61,701 nucleotides of DNA from Methanomicrobiales archaeon (lineage in GTDB: Archaea > Halobacteriota > Methanomicrobia > Methanomicrobiales > JACTUA01), in assembly GCA_035517575.1 (NCBI GenBank), contig DATIYO010000012.1, positions 1-61,701 on the forward strand. Direction: 5' to 3'. Positions 28,789 through 37,635 of the stretch are shown here, piece after piece. Made by a program: the position numbers and the translations under genes. The notes under the pieces were generated by a model that saw only the letters and a list, made by a program, of their open reading frames with translations, was not told the origin of the DNA and ran no database searches. The number at the start of each line of letters is the position of its first letter. The stretch's first letter is position 1.

Positions 28789-29705
28789 CAGGACTCCCGG
28801 TCCCTCGCGCCCTTCTCCCGGTCGAGCTCCTTCTGCACCTCGCGGAGGCAGTCGAGGATACCCTCGCTGATGTCGACATACGTCGAGAGGTTCACCCGGA
28901 GCGGGATCTCGGTCTCGAAGGCGTACGGGGTGATGACATAGTGCTGCTGGTGCTCGGGCGGGGCGTAGGTCACCTCGATGGGCCGGCCCAGGATCTCCCT
29001 GACCATGTCGAAGAACTCCCCCATCTTCATCCGCTGGTGGCCGGTGATGAGCACCGACCGGTTCGCGAAGGCCGGGTCGAGGGCGATCCGGACCGTCTCC
29101 CTCGCCGCGTCGTTGATGTGGATGTACTCCCTGACCGCCTCGGGAGAGCTCGTGTACGCGAATTTGCCGTTTTCCAGCAGCTCGCGGCAGACCCGGTAGA
29201 TGAAGTTCCAGTGGTTCGGCTCCCTGCCATAGAGGCTCCCGTACTTGAGGATCGTGGTCGGGAGGCCGAACTCGTCGGCGTAGACCCTGCAGAGGGACTC
29301 GCCGGCCTGCTTCGAGACCCGGTAGAAGGAGCCCCGGGTCCCGCCGGTGTACACCGAGCTCGCGAAGAGGAAGCGCTTCACCTTCGCCTTCCTCGCGGCC
29401 TCGAGGCAGGCGGTCGTCCCGACGACGTTCACCTCCATCGTCTTCACGGGGATCTTCCTGGCCGCGTCGATGTCGGCGATGGCCGCGGTGTGGAAGACGA
29501 GGCTGCACCCCTTCATCGCCTTCCCGAGGGCGGCGGCATCGAGGACGTCGCCCTGCACCGGCCTGCAGCTCGCCCCGCCCCGGACCTTCTTCACCGCGGG
29601 CCCCGCGGTCCGGTCGTAGGCGACGGTGTCGATCCCCTGCTTCAGGAGCTCCCGGATGATGTGGTGCCCGAGGAACCCCGACCCGCCGGTGACGAGGGCC
29701 TTCAC
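28788..29705 (-). CDS. NAD-dependent epimerase/dehydratase (extended SDR)
   Basis: This is track ORF 28788..29966, trimmed to GTG 29705 (GTGA overlap with the upstream stop). Motifs are (M)KALVTGGSGFLGHH, ASSVYTGG and YRVSKQAGE. Confidence 0.75.
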   Translation of the reverse strand: MKALVTGGSGFLGHHIIRELLKQGIDTVAYDRTAGPAVKKVRGGASCRPVQGDVLDAAALGKAMKGCSLVFHTAAIADIDAARKIPVKTMEVNVVGTTACLEAARKAKVKRFLFASSVYTGGTRGSFYRVSKQAGESLCRVYADEFGLPTTILKYGSLYGREPNHWNFIYRVCRELLENGKFAYTSSPEAVREYIHINDAARETVRIALDPAFANRSVLITGHQRMKMGEFFDMVREILGRPIEVTYAPPEHQQHYVITPYAFETEIPLRVNLSTYVDISEGILDCLREVQKELDREKGARDRES

Positions 29706-30634
29706 GACGCACCTCCCGAAAACCCCGCGATCAGGTTCTCCACGGCCTCCATCTCCATCTCCCGCCTGGTCTCCCTGGTGTTCGAGGCGACATGGGGGGT
29801 CGCGACGAGCTGGGGAAAGCGCAGGAGCTCCCCCGTGTACGGCTCCGACGGGAAGACGTCGAGGCCGGCCCCCGCCACGGTGCCGTCCTCGAGGGCCCTG
29901 ACAAGGGCCTTCTCGTCGATGAGGGACCCGCGGGCCGTGTTGACGAGGACGACTCCCTTCCTGCACAGGGAGAAGATCCGCCCGTCGAGGATCGGCCGGT
30001 TCCCCGGCTGGGCGGGGGCGTGGAGGGTGAGGATATCGGCCCCTGCCACGAGGTCCTCGAGAGACCCGCGGATCTCCACCCCGGCCGGGTCCGTGCCCTG
30101 CCTGAAGGGGTCGTAGGCGATGACCCTGCAGCCGAGGGCCCGGAGCATCGCCGCGACCCTCCTCCCGATCCGGCCAAGCCCGACGATCCCGACGGTCTTC
30201 CCCGCGAGGATGCTCCCTGGCTGCGCATCCGCCTTCCCCTCCCGCACGAGCTCGTTGCGCTCGGGGATGCGCTTCAGGATGGCGAGGAGGAGGGCGAGGG
30301 TGTGCTCGGCCACGGCCTGGACGGGCGCGTCGGGGGTGGTGAGGACCCGGATCCCCCGCCGTTCGGCCGCCTCCCGGTCGATGGAGTCCGTCCCCGTCCC
30401 GACCCGGGAGATGACCCGGAGGTCCGGGCAGGCGTCGATGACCCGCCGGCTGAAGGGCTCGGTCCCCGCGATGACCCCGTCCGCCCCGCCGAGGGCCCTG
30501 CAGAGGTCCCCCTCACCCAGCCGCTTCCCCGACCGGTTCACGTACCCGATCCTGCAGGCCTCGCGGAGCCTCGCCATCGCCGGCCCGTCGTGGTCAAAGG
30601 AGCGGATCGTGAGAGCTACCGTGCAATCTCTCAT
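29702..30634 (-). CDS. D-isomer-specific 2-hydroxyacid dehydrogenase (phosphoglycerate/glycerate dehydrogenase-like)
   Basis: The NAD-binding motif is GKTVGIVGLGRIGRRVA. Other motifs are LVNTARGSLID, AGLDVF and TPHVAS. Confidence 0.8.
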   Translation of the reverse strand: MRDCTVALTIRSFDHDGPAMARLREACRIGYVNRSGKRLGEGDLCRALGGADGVIAGTEPFSRRVIDACPDLRVISRVGTGTDSIDREAAERRGIRVLTTPDAPVQAVAEHTLALLLAILKRIPERNELVREGKADAQPGSILAGKTVGIVGLGRIGRRVAAMLRALGCRVIAYDPFRQGTDPAGVEIRGSLEDLVAGADILTLHAPAQPGNRPILDGRIFSLCRKGVVLVNTARGSLIDEKALVRALEDGTVAGAGLDVFPSEPYTGELLRFPQLVATPHVASNTRETRREMEMEAVENLIAGFSGGAS

Positions 30635-30670
30635 CGCTACCCCCTTTACAGAAGGATGGGGAGGCGGCGG

Positions 30671-30681
30671 TATTAAAAGGG
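30671..30681 (-). promoter_or_regulatory. Putative TATA box (minus-strand CTTTTAATACC)
   Basis: This is the only AT-rich patch in the 81-nt gap. It lies ~40 nt upstream of ATG 30634. Confidence 0.3.
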
Positions 30682-30715
30682 TACGTGGCGGGAAAGGCGG
30701 GCGGGAGGGTTCCCT

Positions 30716-31930
30716 TCACCCCGCCCTGCCCGTCCTCTCGTAGAGATAGAGGAAGATGTCGCTCTGGTAGTCGATGAACCCGTGGTACAGGAGATGGCCG
30801 GCGTCGAGATACCGGAAGAGGAGCCGGAACCGATCCGCCGGCACGGGGTACTCGGAGGCGAGCATCCCGGGCTTCTCCCCGCTCACCTCGGGGGAATGGA
30901 TGTCGTGGTTCATGTGGAAGAAGTACCGCGTGGTCCGGGCGATGTGCCCGACGTAGTTCGTCACCGCCTCCCTGTCCATCTCGCCGAGGCTGTTGATGTT
31001 CGTGAACAGGTCGACGGAGTCATCGCCCGCCTTCCCGATCTCGAAGCTCGGCATGAAGATCAGGTCGTACCTTCCGTGGGCCGCCGGCCCGTAGTCGTCC
31101 TCCCCGTAGAGGAGCGCCTTCTTCTCCGGCCAGTTCGTCATCAGGAAGTACGCGCAGAGGCAGAGGGTCTCGGGGAGGTCGAAGTCCAGGAAGCAGAACC
31201 GGCCGAGGGAGCGGAGGGTGAAGTACGCCAGCTTCCCGTAGCCCGCCCCGAGGTCGGCGAAGACGGGCCGGTCCCTGCCCCCGAGGAGCCCCGCGAGGAT
31301 CGAGCCGTAGATCTCGTTGAAGAAGGACCCGACCCCGACGAAGTGCCCGCCGAGGAAGGCGCCTGCCTGGTTCCCGACCGTGGGGTAGGAGAGGGCCCCG
31401 ACGGGCTTCCTCCGGTTGTAGAACCACTGCCACCGCCTGAGCTGCTGGGAGAAGACGACGCTCTCCAGGTACGCCCTCGTCATCGGCGTGCGCATGTTCT
31501 TCCGCAGGAACCCGGTGTTCTCGATCCCGAGGTCCGCCTCCCATGCGCCGAAGTTCGCGAGGAAGAAGTGGAACTTCCCGGGGTCGTCCGAGCGCAGGCC
31601 CTCGGAGAGGGAGGAGTAGCCGCCGGCGAGTTTCTCTTCCCAGATCCCCGCGGGCTGGTAGATCCGGGGGGCGTCCCGCTGGGCCTTCTTCATCGCCCGG
31701 TAGGAGGCGAAGATCCGCTCGACGACCTCGAGCTCCCGCTTCTCCTGCGACGGCCGCACGTAACCCGGGACATGGAGCCTGACGGGGAGGCCCTCCTCGC
31801 GGGCGGTCCGGTCAGGGAAGAGGAGGTACTTCGTCCCGAGGAGGTAGGGCACGAGCTCCAGGCGCACGGCATAGCCGAGGAGCCCCTGCCGGTGGAGCTG
31901 CATGGCCCGTTTCACGCGTGAATCCGTCAT
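30716..31930 (-). CDS. SAM-dependent methyltransferase-like protein (putative sugar O-methyltransferase type)
   Basis: 404 aa. VFADLGAGYGKLAY is motif I-like and the N-terminal region is long. I could not pin down the family precisely from sequence alone. Confidence 0.45.
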   Translation of the reverse strand: MTDSRVKRAMQLHRQGLLGYAVRLELVPYLLGTKYLLFPDRTAREEGLPVRLHVPGYVRPSQEKRELEVVERIFASYRAMKKAQRDAPRIYQPAGIWEEKLAGGYSSLSEGLRSDDPGKFHFFLANFGAWEADLGIENTGFLRKNMRTPMTRAYLESVVFSQQLRRWQWFYNRRKPVGALSYPTVGNQAGAFLGGHFVGVGSFFNEIYGSILAGLLGGRDRPVFADLGAGYGKLAYFTLRSLGRFCFLDFDLPETLCLCAYFLMTNWPEKKALLYGEDDYGPAAHGRYDLIFMPSFEIGKAGDDSVDLFTNINSLGEMDREAVTNYVGHIARTTRYFFHMNHDIHSPEVSGEKPGMLASEYPVPADRFRLLFRYLDAGHLLYHGFIDYQSDIFLYLYERTGRAG

Positions 31931-31973
31931 GGCGACAAGGAGTATGGGACCCTTCCCATGTTAGCGTTTCTCG

Positions 31974-33431
31974 TCAGCGTTTCCCGTCTCCCTCTCCCCA
32001 CCAGCGGATGTGGAGGGTCCGGCGGGCGTCCCCGCGGAGCCCCGGGTCGGCGGCGAGGAGGATCCCGAAGTACACGCCGGCCCCGACGACCACGAGGAGG
32101 AGGGGCTTCACGAAGGAGTGGATCGGCACGGCCGCCTGGCCGGCGAGGACGACCACGGACATCACCGCCGCCGACCCGAGGAAGCGCATGAGTGCGCGGA
32201 GGTCGAGCCGGACCGGCGTGAGCCTGCGGAGCCTCCCCGCGGCGAGGACCAGGCAGACCACGACCGCGGCGAGGGAGCCCGCCGCCGCCCCCGGGAGGCC
32301 GAGGACCGGGATGAGCGCGAGGGAGAGGACGAGGTTCGTCGCGCTCCCCGCGAGCACCACCGTGAAGCCGTCCCGGGCCGCGTCGAGGGCCATGAGGAAG
32401 GTGTAGAAGAGCTGGGAGATGGACTGCATCGTTCGGGCGAGGAGGAGGATGACGAGCACGCCGAAGCCCGCGGCGAAGCTCGCCGAGTAGAGGTAGTAGA
32501 GGAGGTCGCGGCCGAGGATGACCCCGCCGGCGAGGATGGGGATGGCGAAGAGGAGGGCGTAGGAGCAGGAGCGGGAGAGCGAGAGGGCGATGGCGTCCCT
32601 GTCCCCCGTGGCGCCCCACCGGCTGACCTTTACCCAGAGGGTGTTCGAGAGCGCGGTCGAGACGAAGAGCGCGAAGAAGGAGAAGGTCCAGCAGATGCCG
32701 AAGATCCCGACGTCGGAGGACTCCATGAAGTACCCGATGAGGATGACGTTTGCGTTGTCCATGACCGCGACCCCCGAGGCGGCGAGGAAGGCCCAGACCG
32801 AGTAGTTCACCATGCTCCTGAGCTGCTCGAGCCTGACCCGCACGATTCGGAAGTCGATGTAACGGAGGGCGATCACGATCTCGACGAGGAGCCCCGCGGC
32901 GACCCCGCCCACGAGTCCGAAGACCCGGAAGCCGAGGAGGACCAGCGCGAACTGCACGGCGATCCGGGTGACGTTGTCCAGGATGCTCATGGACGCCGAG
33001 AGGCCGAGCCGGTTCGCCCCCCCGATGGCGGTGGAGAGGCACGAGGAGAGGGTGCCGATCCCGAAGACCACGATGAGGGGCCAGAAGAGGCCGGCGTTGT
33101 TCAGGTCCACGAACCGGTACCGGAAGGCCACCATGAGGAGGCTCACGACCCCGAAGAGCAGCACGAACCTGATGACGAGGGAGAGGGTGAAGAAGGCGTC
33201 GGGCCGGACCCCTTCGCTGATCCGCTTCAGCGCCGCGGCATTGAACCCGAGGTCAGAGAGGAGGGCGAGGAGGTTGTAGGTCGAGAGGAAGAGGAAGTAG
33301 GCCCCGAGGACCTCGGCCCCGAGCCAGTGGGCATAGAACATCGTCGCGAGGACCCCGATGAAGGTCATCCCCGCGGACGAGCCGAGCATCAGGAGGCTGT
33401 GCCGGTGCACCTCGGTCTCCACAGTGCCCAT
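31974..33431 (-). CDS. Wzx-like oligosaccharide/polysaccharide flippase (MOP superfamily)
   Basis: 485 aa with ~12-14 TM helices. The N-terminus is LMLGSSAGMTFIGVLATMFYAHWLG...AALKRISEG. Confidence 0.75.
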   Translation of the reverse strand: MGTVETEVHRHSLLMLGSSAGMTFIGVLATMFYAHWLGAEVLGAYFLFLSTYNLLALLSDLGFNAAALKRISEGVRPDAFFTLSLVIRFVLLFGVVSLLMVAFRYRFVDLNNAGLFWPLIVVFGIGTLSSCLSTAIGGANRLGLSASMSILDNVTRIAVQFALVLLGFRVFGLVGGVAAGLLVEIVIALRYIDFRIVRVRLEQLRSMVNYSVWAFLAASGVAVMDNANVILIGYFMESSDVGIFGICWTFSFFALFVSTALSNTLWVKVSRWGATGDRDAIALSLSRSCSYALLFAIPILAGGVILGRDLLYYLYSASFAAGFGVLVILLLARTMQSISQLFYTFLMALDAARDGFTVVLAGSATNLVLSLALIPVLGLPGAAAGSLAAVVVCLVLAAGRLRRLTPVRLDLRALMRFLGSAAVMSVVVLAGQAAVPIHSFVKPLLLVVVGAGVYFGILLAADPGLRGDARRTLHIRWWGEGDGKR

Positions 33432-33559
33432 TGGAGATCAGGGTTTGCTATGGTCGGGAATAAAGGTGCTGATGCCTTCCTGACGCCTTTGGGGGGATAA
33501 TTCGGGGTCTCCCGGGCCTGAGGGGACGTCCTCCCGGTTCACCGGATCGGGGGAGGGGG

Positions 33560-35449
33560 TCAGCTTCGGCGGGCCCCGTCCTTTCGCACGGCGAAGGCGT
33601 CGTACGTCGCATCGGTGACCGGCGCGAAGAACCCCGCCATGATCCCGCGGAGCCGGTCGCGCTCTTCGGGAGAGAACCGCCTCCCGATGAGGCCGCGGAC
33701 CCCGGAGGCGATCTCGTCGGCGGTCCGCGCCGCCCGGATGTACGGGGTCTGGCCGCGGTATGCCGCGACGGGGTCGATGTCGAGCCTCCGGCCGGAGACG
33801 ATCTTGAGGACCGGCACCCCGACGGCGAGGGCGTCCATGCAGCTCGAGGAGGTCGAGTACACGAGGACGGCCGTCGCGGGAAGGAGGGCGCCGAGCGGAT
33901 CGGTCGTGACCCGGATCCGGCCGAGGACCTCCGGCCCCACCAGCCGCTCCAGCCGTTCGATTGGGAGGAACGGGTGGAGCTTGCAGGCGAGGGTTAAGGA
34001 CGGATCCTTGGCGAGGGCCTCGTGCGCCATCTCGAGGAGCTCGGCCGCCTCGTCGGGATCGATGGGGAGGGCGACGAGGACTGTCCCCTTTTCTCCCCCG
34101 TTGGACCGGGCCGGCCCTGCCCCGACCTTCGCGAGTGAGGCGTACCGCAGGGCGCCCGCCGTGACCAGCCGCTCCTTCGGGTAATTCCAGCCCGCCAGGA
34201 GCTGCGAGGCCACCGGCCCGTTCGTGTTGACGATATCGGGGAGGTACGCGAGGTCGGGGGAGGATGCGGGGAGCTGGTGCATGAGGAAGAACTCCGAGAC
34301 GCTCGTGTGGAGGTAGCCGATGACGGTCGTCGCGGGGTGCCAGGTCCGCAGGGCATGGAGAAAGGCCTTCTCCCAGCTGTAGTTCTCGTGGAGGAGGACG
34401 AGGATATCGGGGGAGACCCCGTGCTCCTTCAGCGCTCTCGCGAGGGACCGGACCACGAGGGGGTAGAAGATCGAGAGGCCGGTCCAGTCCTCCAGGTCCT
34501 GCCGGTACACGCAGCCGCCGAAGGAGATGCCCTGGATCCGGTGCACCTCGGGGGCGGGCCGGTTCAGGATGCTCCGCCACCATGCGGAGAGGATCGCCCC
34601 GAACCCCAGGAAGTATTCCTCGGCGAGGAACGGTCTCCCCGATCGCTTCAGGGCGGCGAGGCAGCCGAGATATGCCAGGGGGGAGAGATGCCTCCCGAGC
34701 GGGAGATGGGGGAGGAGGGTGCACGGGTGCCCCTTTTCGACCAGCCGTTCCTGGAGGTCCGCGTAGTAGAGCTCGCGGTATCCCTCCGCCGAACAGGTGG
34801 ACCCCGACGCCCAGGTGTGGACCAGGATACCCCCGAGATCACGGCGGGGAATGCCGTTGCGCCACAGGAACCAGCGTGCGGCGGCGTGGCGGAGCCCGAG
34901 GGTGAGGGCATGGAAGGTCGCCCGGGGGATGACCCGGTGAGCCGCTATCCCCCAGAGGCGCCACCGCCCGAGGGGAAGGGGATCCGATCCCTCGTTGCGG
35001 GCCCTGATCGCGTGGGCTGGATTCACCCCGAGGGTGGCGGCGAGGTCCCGCGCCACGGCCCCGTCCTGGCAGACGACGAGGAGAGAGCCCGCGGTGCTCT
35101 CCCCGATGACCTTCCCCGCGGCCGCGAGGTAGCACAGGTCCTGGAAGACGCGGGACTGGAACGGGACCCGTTCGTAAAAACCGGAGCAGAGGCGGGAGCC
35201 GCGGTGATCCCCCCCGTACGAGGAGACGTATTCGACGAAGGGGGCCCTGAGTTCCCTCGCCGCGGCATGGAACTCCCCGCTGATGTCCCGCTCCCTGAGC
35301 CGGTCCCGGAAACGGCCGCGGAGCTCCTTCAGCTTCCCGTAGTCATCCCCCAGGAACATCCATTCGCCGTCGGCAACCCCACCGTCGGCCGGGGAACGGG
35401 TGCGATCCGCGACCGCCGCGGCGTAATCGAGGATCTCGAGCCTTGCCAT
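33560..35449 (-). CDS. Large uncharacterised protein with a C-terminal GT-B-like KLHP motif (putative cytidine-nucleotide-sugar transferase)
   Basis: This is track ORF 33560..35515, trimmed to ATG 35449 (MARLEILDY...). The C-terminus reads TVLVALP...ACKLHPFLP (nt 33971-33982)...AVLVYSTSSSCMDALAVGVPVLKI. It is colinear with the C-terminus of 49814..52408. Confidence 0.45.
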   Translation of the reverse strand: MARLEILDYAAAVADRTRSPADGGVADGEWMFLGDDYGKLKELRGRFRDRLRERDISGEFHAAARELRAPFVEYVSSYGGDHRGSRLCSGFYERVPFQSRVFQDLCYLAAAGKVIGESTAGSLLVVCQDGAVARDLAATLGVNPAHAIRARNEGSDPLPLGRWRLWGIAAHRVIPRATFHALTLGLRHAAARWFLWRNGIPRRDLGGILVHTWASGSTCSAEGYRELYYADLQERLVEKGHPCTLLPHLPLGRHLSPLAYLGCLAALKRSGRPFLAEEYFLGFGAILSAWWRSILNRPAPEVHRIQGISFGGCVYRQDLEDWTGLSIFYPLVVRSLARALKEHGVSPDILVLLHENYSWEKAFLHALRTWHPATTVIGYLHTSVSEFFLMHQLPASSPDLAYLPDIVNTNGPVASQLLAGWNYPKERLVTAGALRYASLAKVGAGPARSNGGEKGTVLVALPIDPDEAAELLEMAHEALAKDPSLTLACKLHPFLPIERLERLVGPEVLGRIRVTTDPLGALLPATAVLVYSTSSSCMDALAVGVPVLKIVSGRRLDIDPVAAYRGQTPYIRAARTADEIASGVRGLIGRRFSPEERDRLRGIMAGFFAPVTDATYDAFAVRKDGARRS

Positions 35450-35453
35450 CGGG

Positions 35454-36323
35454 TCAGGCTCCCTTGCCCGGGGTTGCCTCGGCGGCGACGTAGAGGTAGC
35501 GGCCGATCTCGGCATAGTCGCCGGCGAGCTGGATTTCGAGGCTCCTGAGGGCCTCGCGCCCCTCCGGATCGAGGGACGACGGGACGCAGACCGCCGCGAA
35601 CGGGTCGCCAGGGATGCCCGAGAGGATCCCTATGCCCCGGTGCCTGAGAGATCGCAGGCCCAGTCGGGCGAGCATGGCGTCCGTGCTCGCCCCCGTGTGC
35701 CAGTGGAGGAGCATGCCGTCCAGTCTCCCCGAGAGTTCCCGCGCCACCAGGGAGGCCGTGTGCCAGTCTCCCCGCTGAACGGCCGCGAGCAGGTAATAGG
35801 CGCGGGTCCTCAGTGACAGGATCAGGAGGCCGCCCTCCCGTAACCATCCCTTGAGTTCCCTGACGAACCCGTCCGGATCCTCGACCATGTAGAGGACTTC
35901 GGTGCAGAGAATACAGTCGAAGAGCTCATCCGGCAGGGCTGCCTTCAGCGCAGGGAGATCGCCGGTCACCCACCGGATTTCGGCCCCCTCGGCCGCGGCA
36001 TAGGCACGGGCCTTCCCGATGGCATCGCCGGAGATGTCCAGCCCGGTGACGGTGTGCCCGTCCCTGGCGAGGGGGATGGAGAGGCGCCCCTGGCCGCAAC
36101 CGACGTCAAGGACCTTCACCTTCCGGCCGCCGAACCTGGCGCCCAGGTCCTCGCGGATGAAGTGGAGGTAGATGCCGGCGTAGTAGTCCTCGGAGGGCTC
36201 GCTGCGCATGTCGTACCGTGACGCCGTCCTCTTCAGGGAATACCGCTGGTACCGGTTCGGGGCCAGGGCCCGCAGGATCCTCCCGTACGCCCCCTCCATG
36301 AGATCCCGGACGCCTTGTTTCAA
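35454..36323 (-). CDS. Class I SAM-dependent methyltransferase
   Basis: The start is TTG 36323, preceded by GGAGGA 7 nt upstream. Motifs are VKVLDVGCGQGRLSIPLARDGHTVTGLDIS and ILCTEVLYMVEDP. Confidence 0.75.
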   Translation of the reverse strand: MKQGVRDLMEGAYGRILRALAPNRYQRYSLKRTASRYDMRSEPSEDYYAGIYLHFIREDLGARFGGRKVKVLDVGCGQGRLSIPLARDGHTVTGLDISGDAIGKARAYAAAEGAEIRWVTGDLPALKAALPDELFDCILCTEVLYMVEDPDGFVRELKGWLREGGLLILSLRTRAYYLLAAVQRGDWHTASLVARELSGRLDGMLLHWHTGASTDAMLARLGLRSLRHRGIGILSGIPGDPFAAVCVPSSLDPEGREALRSLEIQLAGDYAEIGRYLYVAAEATPGKGA

Positions 36324-36374
36324 CGCGTCTTCCTCCGGTGCGGTTCGCCCTTATTCCTTGATCCGTCAGCATGG

Positions 36375-36390
36375 TATAAATCAGTATAAG
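36375..36390. promoter_or_regulatory. AT-rich TATA-like pair (TATAAA / TATAAG) in the divergent hub of the glycan island
   Basis: ggTATAAAtcagTATAAGta sits between TTG 36323 (minus operon) and ATG 36511 (plus operon). A weaker ttcatatc lies at 36481-36488, ~27 nt before ATG 36511. Confidence 0.35.
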
Positions 36391-36510
36391 TAGCCGGGCC
36401 CGGGAAGGGCGGGAGTTCGAAACCCGTGGTCCCGTTGCCGGTCGATCCGGGCCCGATCCGATGGATCCCCGTTGAGACAATTCATATCTCCCGCGGGCCA
36501 ACATCGATAT

Positions 36511-37635
36511 ATGGAACCGATCCCGGTATCCCGCCCCTCTCTCGGGGAGGAAGAACTCGCGGCGGTGCGGAAGGTCTTCCTCTCCGGCTGGCTCGGCCTC
36601 GGGGCGGACGTGCTGGAGTTCGAGAAGGCGCTCGCCGGGTTCCTCGGCGCCCCCCAGGTCGTCTGCACGAACACCGGGACGACCGCCCTCCACCTCGCCC
36701 TGGACGCCCTCGGGATCGGGCCCGGGGACGAGGTGATCCTCCCCTCCCTCACCTTCGTCGCCTCTGCCCAGGCGGTAGCGGCGACGGGGGCGCGCCCGGT
36801 CTTCTGCGACATCGGGACGGAGGACTTAAACATCGACGTGGAGGACGCCAGGTCGAGGGTCACCCCGAGGACGAAGGCCATCCTCCCCGTCCACTACCGG
36901 GGCATCCCCTGCGACATGGACGCCCTCGCCGACCTCGCCGCCGACCGCGGCCTCCACCTGGTCGAGGACGCGGCCCATGCCTTCGGGTCCTCGTACCGGG
37001 GGAAGCGGATCGGGTCCTTCGGGGAGATGGCCTGCTTCAGCTTCGACCCCATCAAGAACATCACCTGCGGGGAAGGGGGCGCCGTGGTCTTCAGGGACGG
37101 AGGGCTCCTCGAGCGCATCCAGCAGAAGCGGATCCTCGGGATCGACAAGGACACCTGGAGCCGGTACCGGAACGAGCGGAGCTGGTTCTACGACGTGGTG
37201 ACCCGGGGGTACCGGTACCACATGAGTAACATCAACGCCGCGATCGGGCTCGTCCAGATCCGGAAGTTCGAGGCGATGAACCGGCGGAAGGTCGAGGTGG
37301 CGCGCCGGTACGACGAGGCCTTCGGGGACCTCGACGGGATCGAGCTCCTGGAGAACCGCGGCTACGACGGGATTGGCCTCTTCGCCTACATGGTGAAGGT
37401 GCGGTCCCGCCGGAACGAGCTGATGGACCACCTCGCGGCGAGGGGCGTGGGGTCGGGCGTCCACTACATCCCGAGCCACCTGTTCTCCTACTTCCACGAG
37501 GAGGGGCTCGTCCTCCCCGCGACCGAGCAGGTCTATAAGGAGATCCTCTCCCTGCCGCTGTTCCCCGACATCACCGACGAGCAGGTCGATCGGGTGATCC
37601 GCGAGGTCGGGCAGGGGCTGAAGGAACCCGGATGA
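36511..37635 (+). CDS. DegT/DnrJ/EryC1/StrS-family PLP sugar aminotransferase (copy 1)
   Basis: This is track ORF 36472..37635, which starts at TTG. ATG 36511 gives MEPIPVSRPSLGEEE. Motifs are TALHLAL, VEDAAHAFGS and FSFDPIKNITCGEGG, which carries the PLP lysine. Confidence 0.85.
   Translation: MEPIPVSRPSLGEEELAAVRKVFLSGWLGLGADVLEFEKALAGFLGAPQVVCTNTGTTALHLALDALGIGPGDEVILPSLTFVASAQAVAATGARPVFCDIGTEDLNIDVEDARSRVTPRTKAILPVHYRGIPCDMDALADLAADRGLHLVEDAAHAFGSSYRGKRIGSFGEMACFSFDPIKNITCGEGGAVVFRDGGLLERIQQKRILGIDKDTWSRYRNERSWFYDVVTRGYRYHMSNINAAIGLVQIRKFEAMNRRKVEVARRYDEAFGDLDGIELLENRGYDGIGLFAYMVKVRSRRNELMDHLAARGVGSGVHYIPSHLFSYFHEEGLVLPATEQVYKEILSLPLFPDITDEQVDRVIREVGQGLKEPG

Noticed and set aside
27811-29712. 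A single 633-aa ORF that looks like a fusion protein ending in the radical SAM domain.
   Set aside because: The N-terminal ~300 aa are an out-of-frame read through the SDR gene 28788..29705 and have a low-complexity Arg/Gly/Pro composition. The radical SAM protein starts cleanly at ATG 28788, overlapping the SDR stop by 1 nt.
36405-36430. A tRNA-like T-loop string (GGGAGTTCGAAACCCG) in the divergent hub, and a similar GGGTTCGAATG on the minus strand near 5440-5455.
   Set aside because: I could not build a 5-bp T-stem. I also found no acceptor stem, D-arm or anticodon arm at the right distances in the flanking sequence. These are most likely chance matches in promoter DNA.
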